From an uncultured bacterium (GTDB lineage: Bacteria; Armatimonadota; Hebobacteria; CAIYQO01), in NCBI GenBank assembly GCA_964638715.1, contig CAZWZF010000008.1, positions 92,109 to 156,108 of the forward strand: a DNA stretch of 64,000 bases, written 5' to 3'. Below are positions 50,082 through 59,935 of this stretch, one piece after another. The translations under genes and the position numbers were made by a program. Numbering within the stretch: the stretch's first letter is position 1; every line of letters begins with the position of its first letter. Under the pieces are notes generated by a model that did no database searches, was not told the DNA's origin, and saw only the letters and a program-made list of their open reading frames with translations.

Positions 50082-51290
50082 TTATATTATATTTTTATCT
50101 CTATTAAACTTTTTGGCTGGTCCGGTTGAGTTCCGCGGAATAAAGGATGTAGGGAGAGTAATTCTTTGTATTTCTTTGTTATGTTCAATTATCTGACGAA
50201 TCAGCATGCGGGTGGCTTCGCGGCCAACATCTGCTAATGGCAGGTTGGTAGTGGTGACATTTATCCCTTTCACCGGGTCAAGTACCGGAAAACTGTCATC
50301 ATGCCCCACTAAACTGATATCTTCCGGCACGCTAATTCCCTGTTGTTTAAGGTCATTATATATCATTTGTGCCATATAATCATGATGGGTAAAAACTGCG
50401 GTAATTTGTGGATTGGTAATTAGGAATTTATTAAATGCAGTCATACTGGCAATGGGATAATCCCAATCCCATGGACAGGCGTACAAAGCAGAATCCGCGT
50501 CGATGCCGGCATCCATTAGCGCTTTGCCATATCCTGCCAACCGTTGCTGGTAACAATAATATTGTGATTGCTGCTCTGGGAAATGCAGAAAATGCCGGTG
50601 ACCGAGTTCTATCAAATGCTGCATTGCCGCGTAAGCGGAAGACGCGTCATCGGTTAATATCGCAGAACATCCATCCGTAGGTTCAATAATTGTAACGATA
50701 GGCCGGTCAAAAAAGTTGGACTCAGCACGCAGCATATTAACGATATACGCTTGTTCATGTGGTTTTGCCTGCAGCAATGCACCGTCTATATCACCATGGC
50801 AAAATACAGCAGGCAAAGATTCAATCATGTCATAAGGAAACAACTCTTCATCTGTTTTACCTGGCCATATTAACGATTCTATCAACTCAGTTACAGGTTC
50901 CTCTTCTGAATGAGGATAACTGACATAATTAGTATGAACGGAATATCTTTTCAACACCGCAACTGTCATTATACTGTCAAAAATCGGACCATAATAAGCT
51001 GATGCCGGATATCGGGTAAACAATGGCGGAAAAAACAACCCGATGGTATGATTTAACGCGGTAATGCCATGTCGGCGAAGTACCATCTGCCGCGCCATTT
51101 GATTTCGAGCCGGGTCATATCCAAGTCTTTTAGCCACTGCCAGTATCTTCTCACGTGTCTTAGCGGCAACATAACTGCTGCCATTCAACGCCCGTGAAGC
51201 AGTCATCACACTTACGCCGCATTCCTCAGCAACGCTATGCAGATTAACCTGTGAATCCTGAACTTTTTGTTTTTGAGTCGACTTGGCCAT
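50082..51290 (-). CDS. LacI-family transcriptional regulator.
   Basis: N-terminal HTH VNLHSVAEECGVSVMTASRALNGSSYVAAKTREKILAVAKRLGY, then a periplasmic-binding-protein-like sugar-binding domain. An imperfect copy of the palindrome lies 18 nt upstream of its ATG. Confidence 0.85.
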   Translation of the reverse strand: MAKSTQKQKVQDSQVNLHSVAEECGVSVMTASRALNGSSYVAAKTREKILAVAKRLGYDPARNQMARQMVLRRHGITALNHTIGLFFPPLFTRYPASAYYGPIFDSIMTVAVLKRYSVHTNYVSYPHSEEEPVTELIESLIWPGKTDEELFPYDMIESLPAVFCHGDIDGALLQAKPHEQAYIVNMLRAESNFFDRPIVTIIEPTDGCSAILTDDASSAYAAMQHLIELGHRHFLHFPEQQSQYYCYQQRLAGYGKALMDAGIDADSALYACPWDWDYPIASMTAFNKFLITNPQITAVFTHHDYMAQMIYNDLKQQGISVPEDISLVGHDDSFPVLDPVKGINVTTTNLPLADVGREATRMLIRQIIEHNKEIQRITLPTSFIPRNSTGPAKKFNRDKNII

Positions 51291-51307
51291 GTGTACCCCA
51301 TTTAATA

Positions 51308-51321
51308 TGTTAACGTTATTA
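51308..51321. promoter_or_regulatory. Imperfect copy TGTTAACGTTAtta upstream of the LacI-family gene itself (autoregulation candidate).
   Basis: 12/14 match to the palindrome, 18 nt upstream of the LacI ATG at 51290. Confidence 0.45.
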
Positions 51322-51425
51322 TACCGGTTTGATAAAATATTAGCAAGTTAATGATTAGAGAACTTTCTCTCTGTATGTCCTGTTATATATTAAACTTCAG
51401 CCAATAATGTTATAATTTCAGCCAG

Positions 51426-52289
51426 ATGAATAACAAACCATTTGAAAAATATTCTTTAGCGGAATTGCGACGGATTACCGCTTTGCTGACTAATATTATC
51501 CCGACAATTTCCCTTGGGTCGCGGTATATTCGGTTACGCGATTTGCGGCTTCATTATTCTCCTGCTAATGTTTCATCCGGTCAGCATACTCATGATACAT
51601 CAGAAGCAGTTCTTTTATTATCCGGTTCAGTTACATATACCTGGCAAGTTCCACATTTGCTAAATATTGGCGGATCTATTGTTTTCCCTCCTGATTGTAT
51701 GCATGAATGGAATACTGACGATAATGACGCTTTACGATTTGTTTTCTGGTACGAAGATGATTTATTAAAGAATTATCAGGATACCCAACAATCACCTCAT
51801 CGTCCAGAGTTAGCATGGGAAACGCGCGCTTTATTCAATGACGTGCGTGAAGCCCGCCCAGGTTGGCGATTCCGTTCACAGGCTCGTTTAGGTGTAATTC
51901 TTTCCGAATTATTAGCATTGCAACATACAGTAACATTAGCCAGTGACATGATATCGCAACAAGATTATTCAACATCTGTTGATGCATTTATTCGTGCTAA
52001 TTATTTTAAACCGCTAACCTTAAAAGAAATAGCGGATGCTATCGGAATTAGCGAACGAACATTATCCCGTCGATTCAGAGAAGAAACCGGCGTTAGTGTA
52101 ATGCATAAATTAGATGTTTTTAGAATGGAAAAAGCCGGTGAATTGCTTGTTGATACCATTTTGCCTTTAAGTGAAATAAGCAAGTTAATCGGAATAATTC
52201 ATCCAGGCTATTTTGCTATAAAATTTAGACATTACTCAGGAATGACTCCTTCTCAATATAGGCAATTCCACCGATCTGGAAAATTATAG
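51426..52289 (+). CDS. AraC-family transcriptional regulator (N-terminal cupin-type sensing domain, C-terminal double HTH). Only plus-strand gene.
   Basis: LKEIADAIGISERTLSRRFREETGVSV...SEISKLIGIIHPGYFAIKFRHYSGMTPSQYR is a canonical AraC HTH pair. Confidence 0.85.
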   Translation: MNNKPFEKYSLAELRRITALLTNIIPTISLGSRYIRLRDLRLHYSPANVSSGQHTHDTSEAVLLLSGSVTYTWQVPHLLNIGGSIVFPPDCMHEWNTDDNDALRFVFWYEDDLLKNYQDTQQSPHRPELAWETRALFNDVREARPGWRFRSQARLGVILSELLALQHTVTLASDMISQQDYSTSVDAFIRANYFKPLTLKEIADAIGISERTLSRRFREETGVSVMHKLDVFRMEKAGELLVDTILPLSEISKLIGIIHPGYFAIKFRHYSGMTPSQYRQFHRSGKL

Positions 52290-52358
52290 AGGCTCTTACA
52301 AAACCCGGTGGGACAGACACCATCATGGCTTCGCCACTCGGTGTCAGTCCCTGATTTT
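52287..52358. repeat. Copy B of the ~72-nt conserved intergenic element. It starts at the AraC stop codon and lies between convergent genes.
   Basis: tagaggctcttacaaaacccggtgggacagacaccatcatggcttcgccactcggtgtcagtccctgatttt, followed by a T-rich run. Confidence 0.5.
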
Positions 52359-52435
52359 CTCTCAAAAAACGATAATCAACCATCTAAAATATAGAATAAA
52401 TATAGGTTTTGCAAGAGCCTGTATAAAATGTCATT

Positions 52436-53839
52436 TTATTTTCTAACTGTTAGTTCTTCAAATGCAGGTTCAACATCTCTATCAATTTCAAGTTGCTTAA
52501 TTAATAGTTTTGCATCAAGCAACTTGGGTGAAACATCAGCATTTATACTTAGCGCCGCCGCCGTCCCGGCCGCTTGTCCTGTAGCCATACATGTTTGTTG
52601 AATACGCAGGCTTGATTCGGCAATATGTTCTGCGGAAATACATCTGCCTGCAACCAGAAGATTATCAACATTAATTGGAATTAAACTGCCATATCGAATA
52701 TCAAAATAATCTCCAGTCTTAAATCTTTCATGACGTATTTTATAACTTTCAGATTCCCTATCAACCGCAGGTGCTGTATAACTGTCAGCTGGCCAAATAT
52801 CAATATCCCATGAGCTTCGTGCCACCCCATCTGAATATTTATTAAATTCAACTGCGTCTTTTTCAGTTGCCGTGGCTAATCCATGAATCCGACGCGAAGA
52901 ACGCAAACCAATATGTGAAGAAGTATCAACAAGATAGGAATTTTCACATCCCGGCACATAATTCTTATAATAATCTGCTACCTGCCATGCCTGTTCGCGT
53001 CCTTCACGTTCTGCACGGGTAAAATCAAATGGATCCAGCGGATTCACTTTTAACACGCGACTTGTCACCAGCAGTAATTCATTTCTATATGACGGCATTT
53101 GCCACATCCACCATTGAGCATAACCTTTGACACGACCCGTTGTAATTACAGGTGTGGTATATTTACCGCTTTTCATTGCAGCCTGAAATCCATCTTCTAT
53201 CTGCTGTGCAAACTCAGGAGTGTTGAAATTTTCCGGCTTAATCGCGTTGCCAATTCGCAGAACTTTTGTGCATGCCATCGCCCATGGATTTTTCCCATCT
53301 CCCTGATCCCAAGGAACTCTGGCATAATTACATACTATCGCGTCTCCGGTAGCGTCAATCACCTGCTTAGCGGATATAAAACCAGTTCCCGCCTTTGTTT
53401 CAACAGTAATTCCAATGATAGTATTATTTTCTACTATCGCTCCGGAGCAATACGCATGATGCAGGATATCAGCACCTGCCTCTGTTAACAGGTCATCCCA
53501 TACATACTTTACGACTTCCGGGTCAACGATACCCCGAATTTGTCCACTGCCTATACCATCAAGTTTTTCAGAAATCCCGCCGCGTTTTTTCAAACCACGC
53601 GCATATTCATGCCAGATACCTTGAAAATCCACACCATTAGTGCTGAGTACAACACATACAAGCTGTGATACGGTGGCGCCGCCCAGATAGCCGTCTTTTT
53701 CGATAATCAGCGTTTTTGCGCCAAGCCTTGCTGATGCTATTGCTGCCGCACACCCCGCCGGCCCGCCGCCGCAGACGACGACATCATATTCACCGAGTAC
53801 GGGGATATCACGCGCGGGTTCTTGAATGGTAGTTTTCAT
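52436..53839 (-). CDS. FAD-dependent oxidoreductase (PF12831-like), AT-rich paralog.
   Basis: IPVLGEYDVVVCGGGPAGCAAAIASARLGAKTLIIEKDGYLGG. The track start at 53878 overlaps the upstream paralog. The internal ATG (MKTTIQEP) at 53839 abuts the upstream stop. Confidence 0.8.
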   Translation of the reverse strand: MKTTIQEPARDIPVLGEYDVVVCGGGPAGCAAAIASARLGAKTLIIEKDGYLGGATVSQLVCVVLSTNGVDFQGIWHEYARGLKKRGGISEKLDGIGSGQIRGIVDPEVVKYVWDDLLTEAGADILHHAYCSGAIVENNTIIGITVETKAGTGFISAKQVIDATGDAIVCNYARVPWDQGDGKNPWAMACTKVLRIGNAIKPENFNTPEFAQQIEDGFQAAMKSGKYTTPVITTGRVKGYAQWWMWQMPSYRNELLLVTSRVLKVNPLDPFDFTRAEREGREQAWQVADYYKNYVPGCENSYLVDTSSHIGLRSSRRIHGLATATEKDAVEFNKYSDGVARSSWDIDIWPADSYTAPAVDRESESYKIRHERFKTGDYFDIRYGSLIPINVDNLLVAGRCISAEHIAESSLRIQQTCMATGQAAGTAAALSINADVSPKLLDAKLLIKQLEIDRDVEPAFEELTVRK

Positions 53840-55272
53840 ATTGTCTTCCTTTGCGGATTGATTGCGATCAAGCCGCATAGTTCCGGGAATGCCGGCTCGA
53901 TGTCGCGGTCCTTTTCCAATTGTGCAACCACGAGCGCCGGATCGAGTTCACGTGGAGTTGTGTCCGCCTGCAGGCTTAGCGCCGCCGCAGTCCCTGCCGC
54001 CTGACCTGTTGACTGGCAGGTTTGCTGGATTCGCAGGGATGCCTGGGCGGTGCGTTCGGCGGAGATGCAACGTCCTGCCACCAGCAGGTTATCGACACCG
54101 GCAGCCACCAGGCAGCCATAACGAATATCGAAGAAATCACCCGCAAGCATTTTGGCTTTCCGCAACTGATAGGCATCCGATTCCCGATCCACGGCAGGTG
54201 CACTGTAACTCTCCGCCGGCCAAATATCGATATCCCAGGAACTGCGGGCGATACTATCTGCGTATTTACGGAACAACAACGCGTCGTCGCCCGTCACCGT
54301 CGCCATGCCGCGGATGCGCCGGCTGTCGCGCAGACCAATGTGGGCACTGGTATCCAGCAGGTAAGCCTGTGCATAGCCTGGAGCGAAACGTTTCAAGGCA
54401 TCAGCACATTGCCAGACCTGCTCGCGCCCTTCGCGTTCGGCGCGGGTGAGATCCCACGGATCGAGCGGATTGACTTGCAGCACACGGCTGGCGAACACGT
54501 TCATCTCTGTCCGGTACGGCATCACACTCGGATGCACCCAGTTTGCCATACCATAGCTGATGCCGCGGCCATTAGCCAGAACCGGCGTGTCATACTCGCC
54601 ACGAGCGACAGCAATCGCCACAGCCTCTTTAGCTGCCAGCACCGCCTCCACCGAGTAGCCCTCTTCCGGCCAGTGAACATTGCCCATACGGAAAACCTTG
54701 GTCAAGGATTGACCCCAGGTATGAGTTCCGTCACCCTGCTCCCAGGGAACACCCGCCGCCGCGCAGATAGCACCGTCCGCCGTGCAATCAATAACCCGTT
54801 TGGCCAGAATCGCCTGCCGTCCGGCACGGGTCTCGACCACTACTCCGCGACAATCCCCGTCCTCGACGATGGCATCGGCGCACAAGGCATGCAGTAATTG
54901 CCGCGCACCCGCCGCCATCAGCAGATCGTCCCAAGCATACTTTACCACTTCGGGATCGACACCACCGCGAAACTGAGGTGGCTGCCCCACCAGCGCACAG
55001 GCTCCTTCACGCTGCCGCAACGCGCGAATCCACTCGTGCCAGATGCCTTGAAAATCCACGCCGTTGGTACTGAGAATATGGCTCACCAGTTGCGAGACCG
55101 TCGCTCCACCCAGGTAGCCATCTTTCTCGATGAGGAGAGTCTCCGCGCCAAGTCGAGCCGCGGCAATCGCCGCCGCACACCCCGCCGCACCGCCGCCGCA
55201 GACGACGACATCGAATTTACCGAGTACGGGGATCTCGCGGGCAGGTTCGTTCACTGTTTGTTGCTCTTTCAT
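53836..55272 (-). CDS. FAD-dependent oxidoreductase (PF12831-like), GC-rich paralog directly adjacent to the AT-rich one.
   Basis: IPVLGKFDVVVCGGGAAGCAAAIAAARLGAETLLIEKDGYLGG. Collinear with 52436..53839 but with strongly G/C-biased third codon positions. Confidence 0.85.
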   Translation of the reverse strand: MKEQQTVNEPAREIPVLGKFDVVVCGGGAAGCAAAIAAARLGAETLLIEKDGYLGGATVSQLVSHILSTNGVDFQGIWHEWIRALRQREGACALVGQPPQFRGGVDPEVVKYAWDDLLMAAGARQLLHALCADAIVEDGDCRGVVVETRAGRQAILAKRVIDCTADGAICAAAGVPWEQGDGTHTWGQSLTKVFRMGNVHWPEEGYSVEAVLAAKEAVAIAVARGEYDTPVLANGRGISYGMANWVHPSVMPYRTEMNVFASRVLQVNPLDPWDLTRAEREGREQVWQCADALKRFAPGYAQAYLLDTSAHIGLRDSRRIRGMATVTGDDALLFRKYADSIARSSWDIDIWPAESYSAPAVDRESDAYQLRKAKMLAGDFFDIRYGCLVAAGVDNLLVAGRCISAERTAQASLRIQQTCQSTGQAAGTAAALSLQADTTPRELDPALVVAQLEKDRDIEPAFPELCGLIAINPQRKTI

Positions 55273-55295
55273 ATTGTTCCTCTTTCATTATTCTT

Positions 55296-56699
55296 TCAGC
55301 CACGCAACGCCTCCGCGTCCACAATGGCACCTTGGGATCGCAATGCCGTTCGGAGCGTGGCGATGTCAACGGCTGCGAACGACCGATCTAACGTGACGAC
55401 CTGCGCCGCCGCCAAACCAGCCGCTTCGCCCATGGCCATCACCGGCCCCATCACTCGCATCGGACCGAGTACATCGCGTTCGACCGAAACGGCTCGCCCC
55501 GGGCAGATCACATTTCGCAGTCCTCTGGGAACCATGATCCGATAAGGGATCGGCACAACAGGCGGTTTAGAAACGCCATGCATAGGTTGCGTGCCGTCGC
55601 TTTTGGCCAGATCCCAACCGTAAGGGGTGAAACCAATGGTGTCCGGGAACTCACGCCCGTCCCGTACATCCGCCACCGTCAGCCGATACTCGCCGGTAAT
55701 CCGCCGGGTCTCGCGTACCCCAAGATCCATTGCCACCGCGCGAATCCGAGCGTTGGCGCACCCGGGATAGTGACGCTGGAACAGGCGAAGCGTTTTTTCA
55801 TTTCTGTCGCGCACCGCCACCAGAGCGCCGGTACGTGACGCGGAATCGGTGCCGTCCACTCCCGGGAACGGCAGGCCGTTGACCATGAATGACCCATACC
55901 GGGGCATCTTGACAAAGATCGTAATGCTATAATTAAAGCAGTCCTCCCCTTGGTTGCGGAGTTTGGTTAGGAGTTTCTTGAACCGCGGATCGTCTTCGCG
56001 CACGACATAATCCATCAACGCGGCTTCGTCCACATTGTCGAGATGGAAAATGAGGCTGACGACACACATCTCCCCACTCTTTTCGTCACCCTTCACGAAC
56101 TCGCATCCCGCCTGCGCCGCGACATCGGCGTCGCCAGTGGCGTCCACGAACGCGGTTCCTTCCACGGCAAACAGCCCCTCTTTGCCAGCAAGCACGACAT
56201 GAGTCACCCGGCCGCAATCGGTGATTACGTCGGCAACATGCGTCTGAAGAAGGATTTCGACGCCCGCGGCAATCAGTTTCTGTTCGATAAACGACGCCAT
56301 GGCGAACGGGTCAAACGGAATGCCGTCAATCAGCCCTTTGTATTGTCCGTAGGGGATGTAGGGAACATCTGCAAAATCTTCCGCTCGCGGTATGACAGCA
56401 ATACCCAGTGCCGCCGCCTCCTGGATGAATTCCCGGCAGATGCCGCCGACGACATACTGCGTCCCATTATTCATCCTGACGCCAAGCCAATGCGAGACCA
56501 AACCCGCGGTTCCCATGCCGCCCACCACGCCTTGCCGCTCAACCAGCAAGACGGAAAGCCCGCTTCGTCGAGCGGCCAGCGCGGCCGAGAATCCGGCCGG
56601 GCCGCCGCCACACACCACCACATCGTATCGCCCATGTACCGGAAGGTTCCGATTGATTGCCACTGTGCCACTGCTGTTGCCATTATTCTTATTCATCAT
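55296..56699 (-). CDS. FAD-dependent oxidoreductase (PF12831-like).
   Basis: LPVHGRYDVVVCGGGPAGFSAALAARRSGLSVLLVERQGVVGGMGTAG. C-terminal ...GEAAGLAAAQV. Confidence 0.85.
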   Translation of the reverse strand: MMNKNNGNSSGTVAINRNLPVHGRYDVVVCGGGPAGFSAALAARRSGLSVLLVERQGVVGGMGTAGLVSHWLGVRMNNGTQYVVGGICREFIQEAAALGIAVIPRAEDFADVPYIPYGQYKGLIDGIPFDPFAMASFIEQKLIAAGVEILLQTHVADVITDCGRVTHVVLAGKEGLFAVEGTAFVDATGDADVAAQAGCEFVKGDEKSGEMCVVSLIFHLDNVDEAALMDYVVREDDPRFKKLLTKLRNQGEDCFNYSITIFVKMPRYGSFMVNGLPFPGVDGTDSASRTGALVAVRDRNEKTLRLFQRHYPGCANARIRAVAMDLGVRETRRITGEYRLTVADVRDGREFPDTIGFTPYGWDLAKSDGTQPMHGVSKPPVVPIPYRIMVPRGLRNVICPGRAVSVERDVLGPMRVMGPVMAMGEAAGLAAAQVVTLDRSFAAVDIATLRTALRSQGAIVDAEALRG

Positions 56700-57805
56700 C
56701 TGCTCCTATAACCTCGTGAATGATCCCGGACGAAACGCAATAATTCTTCACCCTCACCACGCGACGCCACTTCAGCGCGCAGGACGATGCGCCCTTTGCT
56801 CAGTGTGCCGATGTGCTGGCGAATTTCTGCAGGTGAGGCCGATACGATCAGCGGCTTCAAGCCCACTACATCCAGAACGTCATCGAGTTTTGCCATCACC
56901 GGCTTGTTGACATCGCTCACCAGTTGCAGAAAGGCAATTCCCGGCAGATCCACCACATTCGGCAATTGATGCAGGCCGCCCGAATGCATGTGCAACACAG
57001 TACCTGACCGGTGTGTGGTCAACCGCTCCAGCCATGGCCGCTCAGCTTCCCTGAATGTGTCGGGGCTAATCTGATTCGAAGAATCGATTGTCGTAATCAG
57101 TCCCGCACCGGGAGCGAACACGTTATAGCCCCACCCATAAGCGGCCCAGCCGGACAGAGACTGATTCGCGCTGTAATCCGGTAAGCCGCCGTTGATGGCA
57201 TCAATCGCCGCGCTGATGAAATCCAGCAGAGCGGGCAGACGTTCCGGCTCAGAGACGACGTCCATGTACAAGTCGTTTCCGCGAAGATCCCAAGCCAGGT
57301 CCAGCAGCCCATTGTGCTGCGGCGGTTGGATGGGAATCCGCCCATTGGCGGCGTCAATGGCGAACTGGTACCCATCGCGATAAAACCGCCACCAGAAATT
57401 GTTGTCGTCAAGGATACAGGACAATTCACTCACCTGATCGATCGAGGTGAGGCAATGCTCCGCCCACGCCGAATGTTCCGTGCTCTTGATTAGCCGGTCT
57501 TTGATAATCAAACTGTAAAGATATGGTGTCAACAGCAACTTGATGGCGGGAATATAGTCGTCGTCCAACGGATGCAATTTGTTCTCCTCGATCACCTCGT
57601 CAACCCATCCCTGGTAAATGCGCAACCGGTGTTCATCCTGTCGTATATCCAACCGCCAAAAATGTCGAATCAGGTCGTGAATCTGGAACAGATTATGAGC
57701 CTGGTCATGACATCGTATATTGACGAGTAATGCCGGTTCCTGGACGGCATGAAATCGTTCATACCGCGCCAAGCGTGTTGCAAGATCAATTGTACTGTTA
57801 TTCAT
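56696..57805 (-). CDS. URO-D-like family protein (divergent).
   Basis: ~369 aa, HMHSGG motif aligned with the h-H-x-C-G motif of the other URO-D-like ORFs. ATGA-type overlaps on both sides. Confidence 0.45.
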   Translation of the reverse strand: MNNSTIDLATRLARYERFHAVQEPALLVNIRCHDQAHNLFQIHDLIRHFWRLDIRQDEHRLRIYQGWVDEVIEENKLHPLDDDYIPAIKLLLTPYLYSLIIKDRLIKSTEHSAWAEHCLTSIDQVSELSCILDDNNFWWRFYRDGYQFAIDAANGRIPIQPPQHNGLLDLAWDLRGNDLYMDVVSEPERLPALLDFISAAIDAINGGLPDYSANQSLSGWAAYGWGYNVFAPGAGLITTIDSSNQISPDTFREAERPWLERLTTHRSGTVLHMHSGGLHQLPNVVDLPGIAFLQLVSDVNKPVMAKLDDVLDVVGLKPLIVSASPAEIRQHIGTLSKGRIVLRAEVASRGEGEELLRFVRDHSRGYRSR

Positions 57806-59184
57806 GCTATATCTACCACACTAATAATTGCGCCATTTTCATGCAAGGTATTTCGTAAAGTTTCAATATCTACATCTGCAAATGAAACATTCTGTGATAC
57901 AACCTGCGATGCTGCAACGCCTGCTGCCTCACCCATTGCCATTACTGGCGCCATTACCCGCAACGGACCAAGTACATCACGTTCCACGGAAATCGCACGT
58001 CCCGGACAGATCAGATTTTTCACTACTTGTGGTACCATGACCCGATATGGAATAGGCGTAGGGTATGGCGCCTTGCGCCCTTCCATCGGCTGATGGCTTG
58101 GCCGTTTCGGGTCTGGCAAGTCCCACCAATAGCCGGAAAGACCAATGGTATCTGCGAACACTTTTCCTGTGACCAAGTCGTCGACGGACAGGACATAATC
58201 ACCGACAATCCGTCGCGTCTCGCGCACCCCCAGCAGTGTGGCCACCGCTTTGATGCGGGCATGGGCACAGCCCGGGATGTACTTGCGCATCAAACCCACA
58301 AGTTGTTGTGTCTCCTCACGCCCCCGAATCATCCCCCGCGTCAGCGACCGCGGATCCGTACCGTCGATGCCGACCAGCCGCGAGGTGTTGATCATCATCA
58401 CGCCCGGTTCCTGCAACTGCACGCTGATGAAGATCTCATAGGGGAAGGTCCATTCCCCAATGGCGCGCAAAGCCAGAATCAATTCCTTGAGCCGTGGCGA
58501 CTCCTTGTCCTGAATGTAGGCAGATAGTGCGGTCTGGTCGACGTTGTCGACATGGAACATCAGGGTCGTCGGCGTCATCAGGTGATCACCATCACGCCCC
58601 AGAACGGTTGGACATCCGGCGTACGCGGCCACATCGGCATCGCCGGTGGCATCGACCACGGCACGTGCAGCAACCACCTGTATCCCAGACTTATTGGCGA
58701 TGAGCAGGTGGTTAATTTGCCCATCCACCACCATGGCATCGACCACCCGGGTTTCAAACAGGATTTCCACCCCATCCGTCATCATTTTGCGGTCAAGATA
58801 CGCCGCCATGGAAAAGGGATCAAAAGGCACGCCATGCACCAGACCATTGAACCATCCATGGGGTGGGTATTTCACGCCGGCGTCTTCCCGCGGCAAAAGC
58901 GCGAAGCCTTGCGCGGCAGCTTCTTCGGATAGTTCACGAAATATTCCGCCTACTATCCATTTCCCATCCGCGGTGCGACCACCAAGCCAATGGCTTACCA
59001 GCCCCGATGTGCCCATACCGCCCAGTTGTCCCTGGCTTTCAATTATCAGTACAGACATACCAGATCTTCGCGCTGACAACGCTGCCGCGCAGCCTGCTGG
59101 TCCCCCGCCGCAAACGACAACATCATATTCCCCGAAAACGGGGATGTCACGGGCTGGTATGTGAATGGTATGTTCGATAATCAT
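57802..59184 (-). CDS. FAD-dependent oxidoreductase (PF12831-like).
   Basis: IPVFGEYDVVVCGGGPAGCAAALSARRSGMSVLIIESQGQLGGMGTSG. The track start at 59250 overlaps the upstream gene. ATG (MIIEHTIHIP) at 59184 follows a GGGAGAA Shine-Dalgarno. Confidence 0.85.
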   Translation of the reverse strand: MIIEHTIHIPARDIPVFGEYDVVVCGGGPAGCAAALSARRSGMSVLIIESQGQLGGMGTSGLVSHWLGGRTADGKWIVGGIFRELSEEAAAQGFALLPREDAGVKYPPHGWFNGLVHGVPFDPFSMAAYLDRKMMTDGVEILFETRVVDAMVVDGQINHLLIANKSGIQVVAARAVVDATGDADVAAYAGCPTVLGRDGDHLMTPTTLMFHVDNVDQTALSAYIQDKESPRLKELILALRAIGEWTFPYEIFISVQLQEPGVMMINTSRLVGIDGTDPRSLTRGMIRGREETQQLVGLMRKYIPGCAHARIKAVATLLGVRETRRIVGDYVLSVDDLVTGKVFADTIGLSGYWWDLPDPKRPSHQPMEGRKAPYPTPIPYRVMVPQVVKNLICPGRAISVERDVLGPLRVMAPVMAMGEAAGVAASQVVSQNVSFADVDIETLRNTLHENGAIISVVDIA

Positions 59185-59185
59185 C

Positions 59186-59935
59186 TTACCATTCTCCCTT
59201 TTTACCAAAGTTTTCTTTAGCTGCTTTGTTAAACTCAGCGCCTGCGGCATTAATTCTGTTTAATATTTCTTCAACAGTGCATCCTGCGGCACCACGTGCT
59301 GCCGGAATTACTGTATTGCATTCGTTGCTGTCCATAAACTTTGCCGCTTCCAATAATCCGGATTCGTCTTCATGTGGAATAACCAGAAATCCATGTTTAT
59401 CTGCATGAATAAGTTGTCCTGGTTTCACTGTTCTGCCAAAAACTTCCACTTCGCAGTTCCAATGTACCGGACATGAAAAAGAATGACCTACGCATAACCT
59501 GCGCGCAATTGCTTTAAATCCGGCGTTATTCATCTCGTCGAGATCCCGGATAGCTCCATCGGTAATAGTACCAACACAACCCAAGGCGCGGTGAATATTA
59601 CTGTTTACTTCACCCCAGAAAGCACCAATTACGTTTGGCTTGTCCATATCTTGAACAACTACAATCTTTGGTCCCGGTATGCTGGCAATATATGTGCGAT
59701 ATTCACTCCAGGCATTGGGATTGTCATGCGGATGCTTCGGATTGCTTGGCTCGAATTGCACCGTCGCCGCGTAGCCGACCATCGGTCCCATTTGTGGCAT
59801 AAAGTCGCGACATTCCTCGATATTAAAACCTTCTTTAGAAATATCGTGACTGGTTATTTGTTCCCAACCATTATAGATGGTCGGGGTATTCCAGCGTTTT
59901 AGCTGGAGAAGTTCTGCATGGGTTAACATAATCAA
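59186..59935 (-). CDS. RraA-like protein (RraA / 4-hydroxy-4-methyl-2-oxoglutarate aldolase / oxaloacetate-decarboxylase fold family).
   Basis: VVVVQDMDKPNVIGAFWGEVNSNIHRALGCVGTITDGAIRDLDEM, the characteristic G-x-x-x-DG-x-x-RD region of RraA-family proteins. Lower GC than its neighbours. Confidence 0.7.
   Translation of the reverse strand: MIMLTHAELLQLKRWNTPTIYNGWEQITSHDISKEGFNIEECRDFMPQMGPMVGYAATVQFEPSNPKHPHDNPNAWSEYRTYIASIPGPKIVVVQDMDKPNVIGAFWGEVNSNIHRALGCVGTITDGAIRDLDEMNNAGFKAIARRLCVGHSFSCPVHWNCEVEVFGRTVKPGQLIHADKHGFLVIPHEDESGLLEAAKFMDSNECNTVIPAARGAAGCTVEEILNRINAAGAEFNKAAKENFGKKGEW

Noticed and set aside
54022-55545. Plus-strand ORFs 54022..54897 and 54898..55545
   Set aside because: Antisense shadows of the GC-rich FAD-oxidoreductase paralogs.
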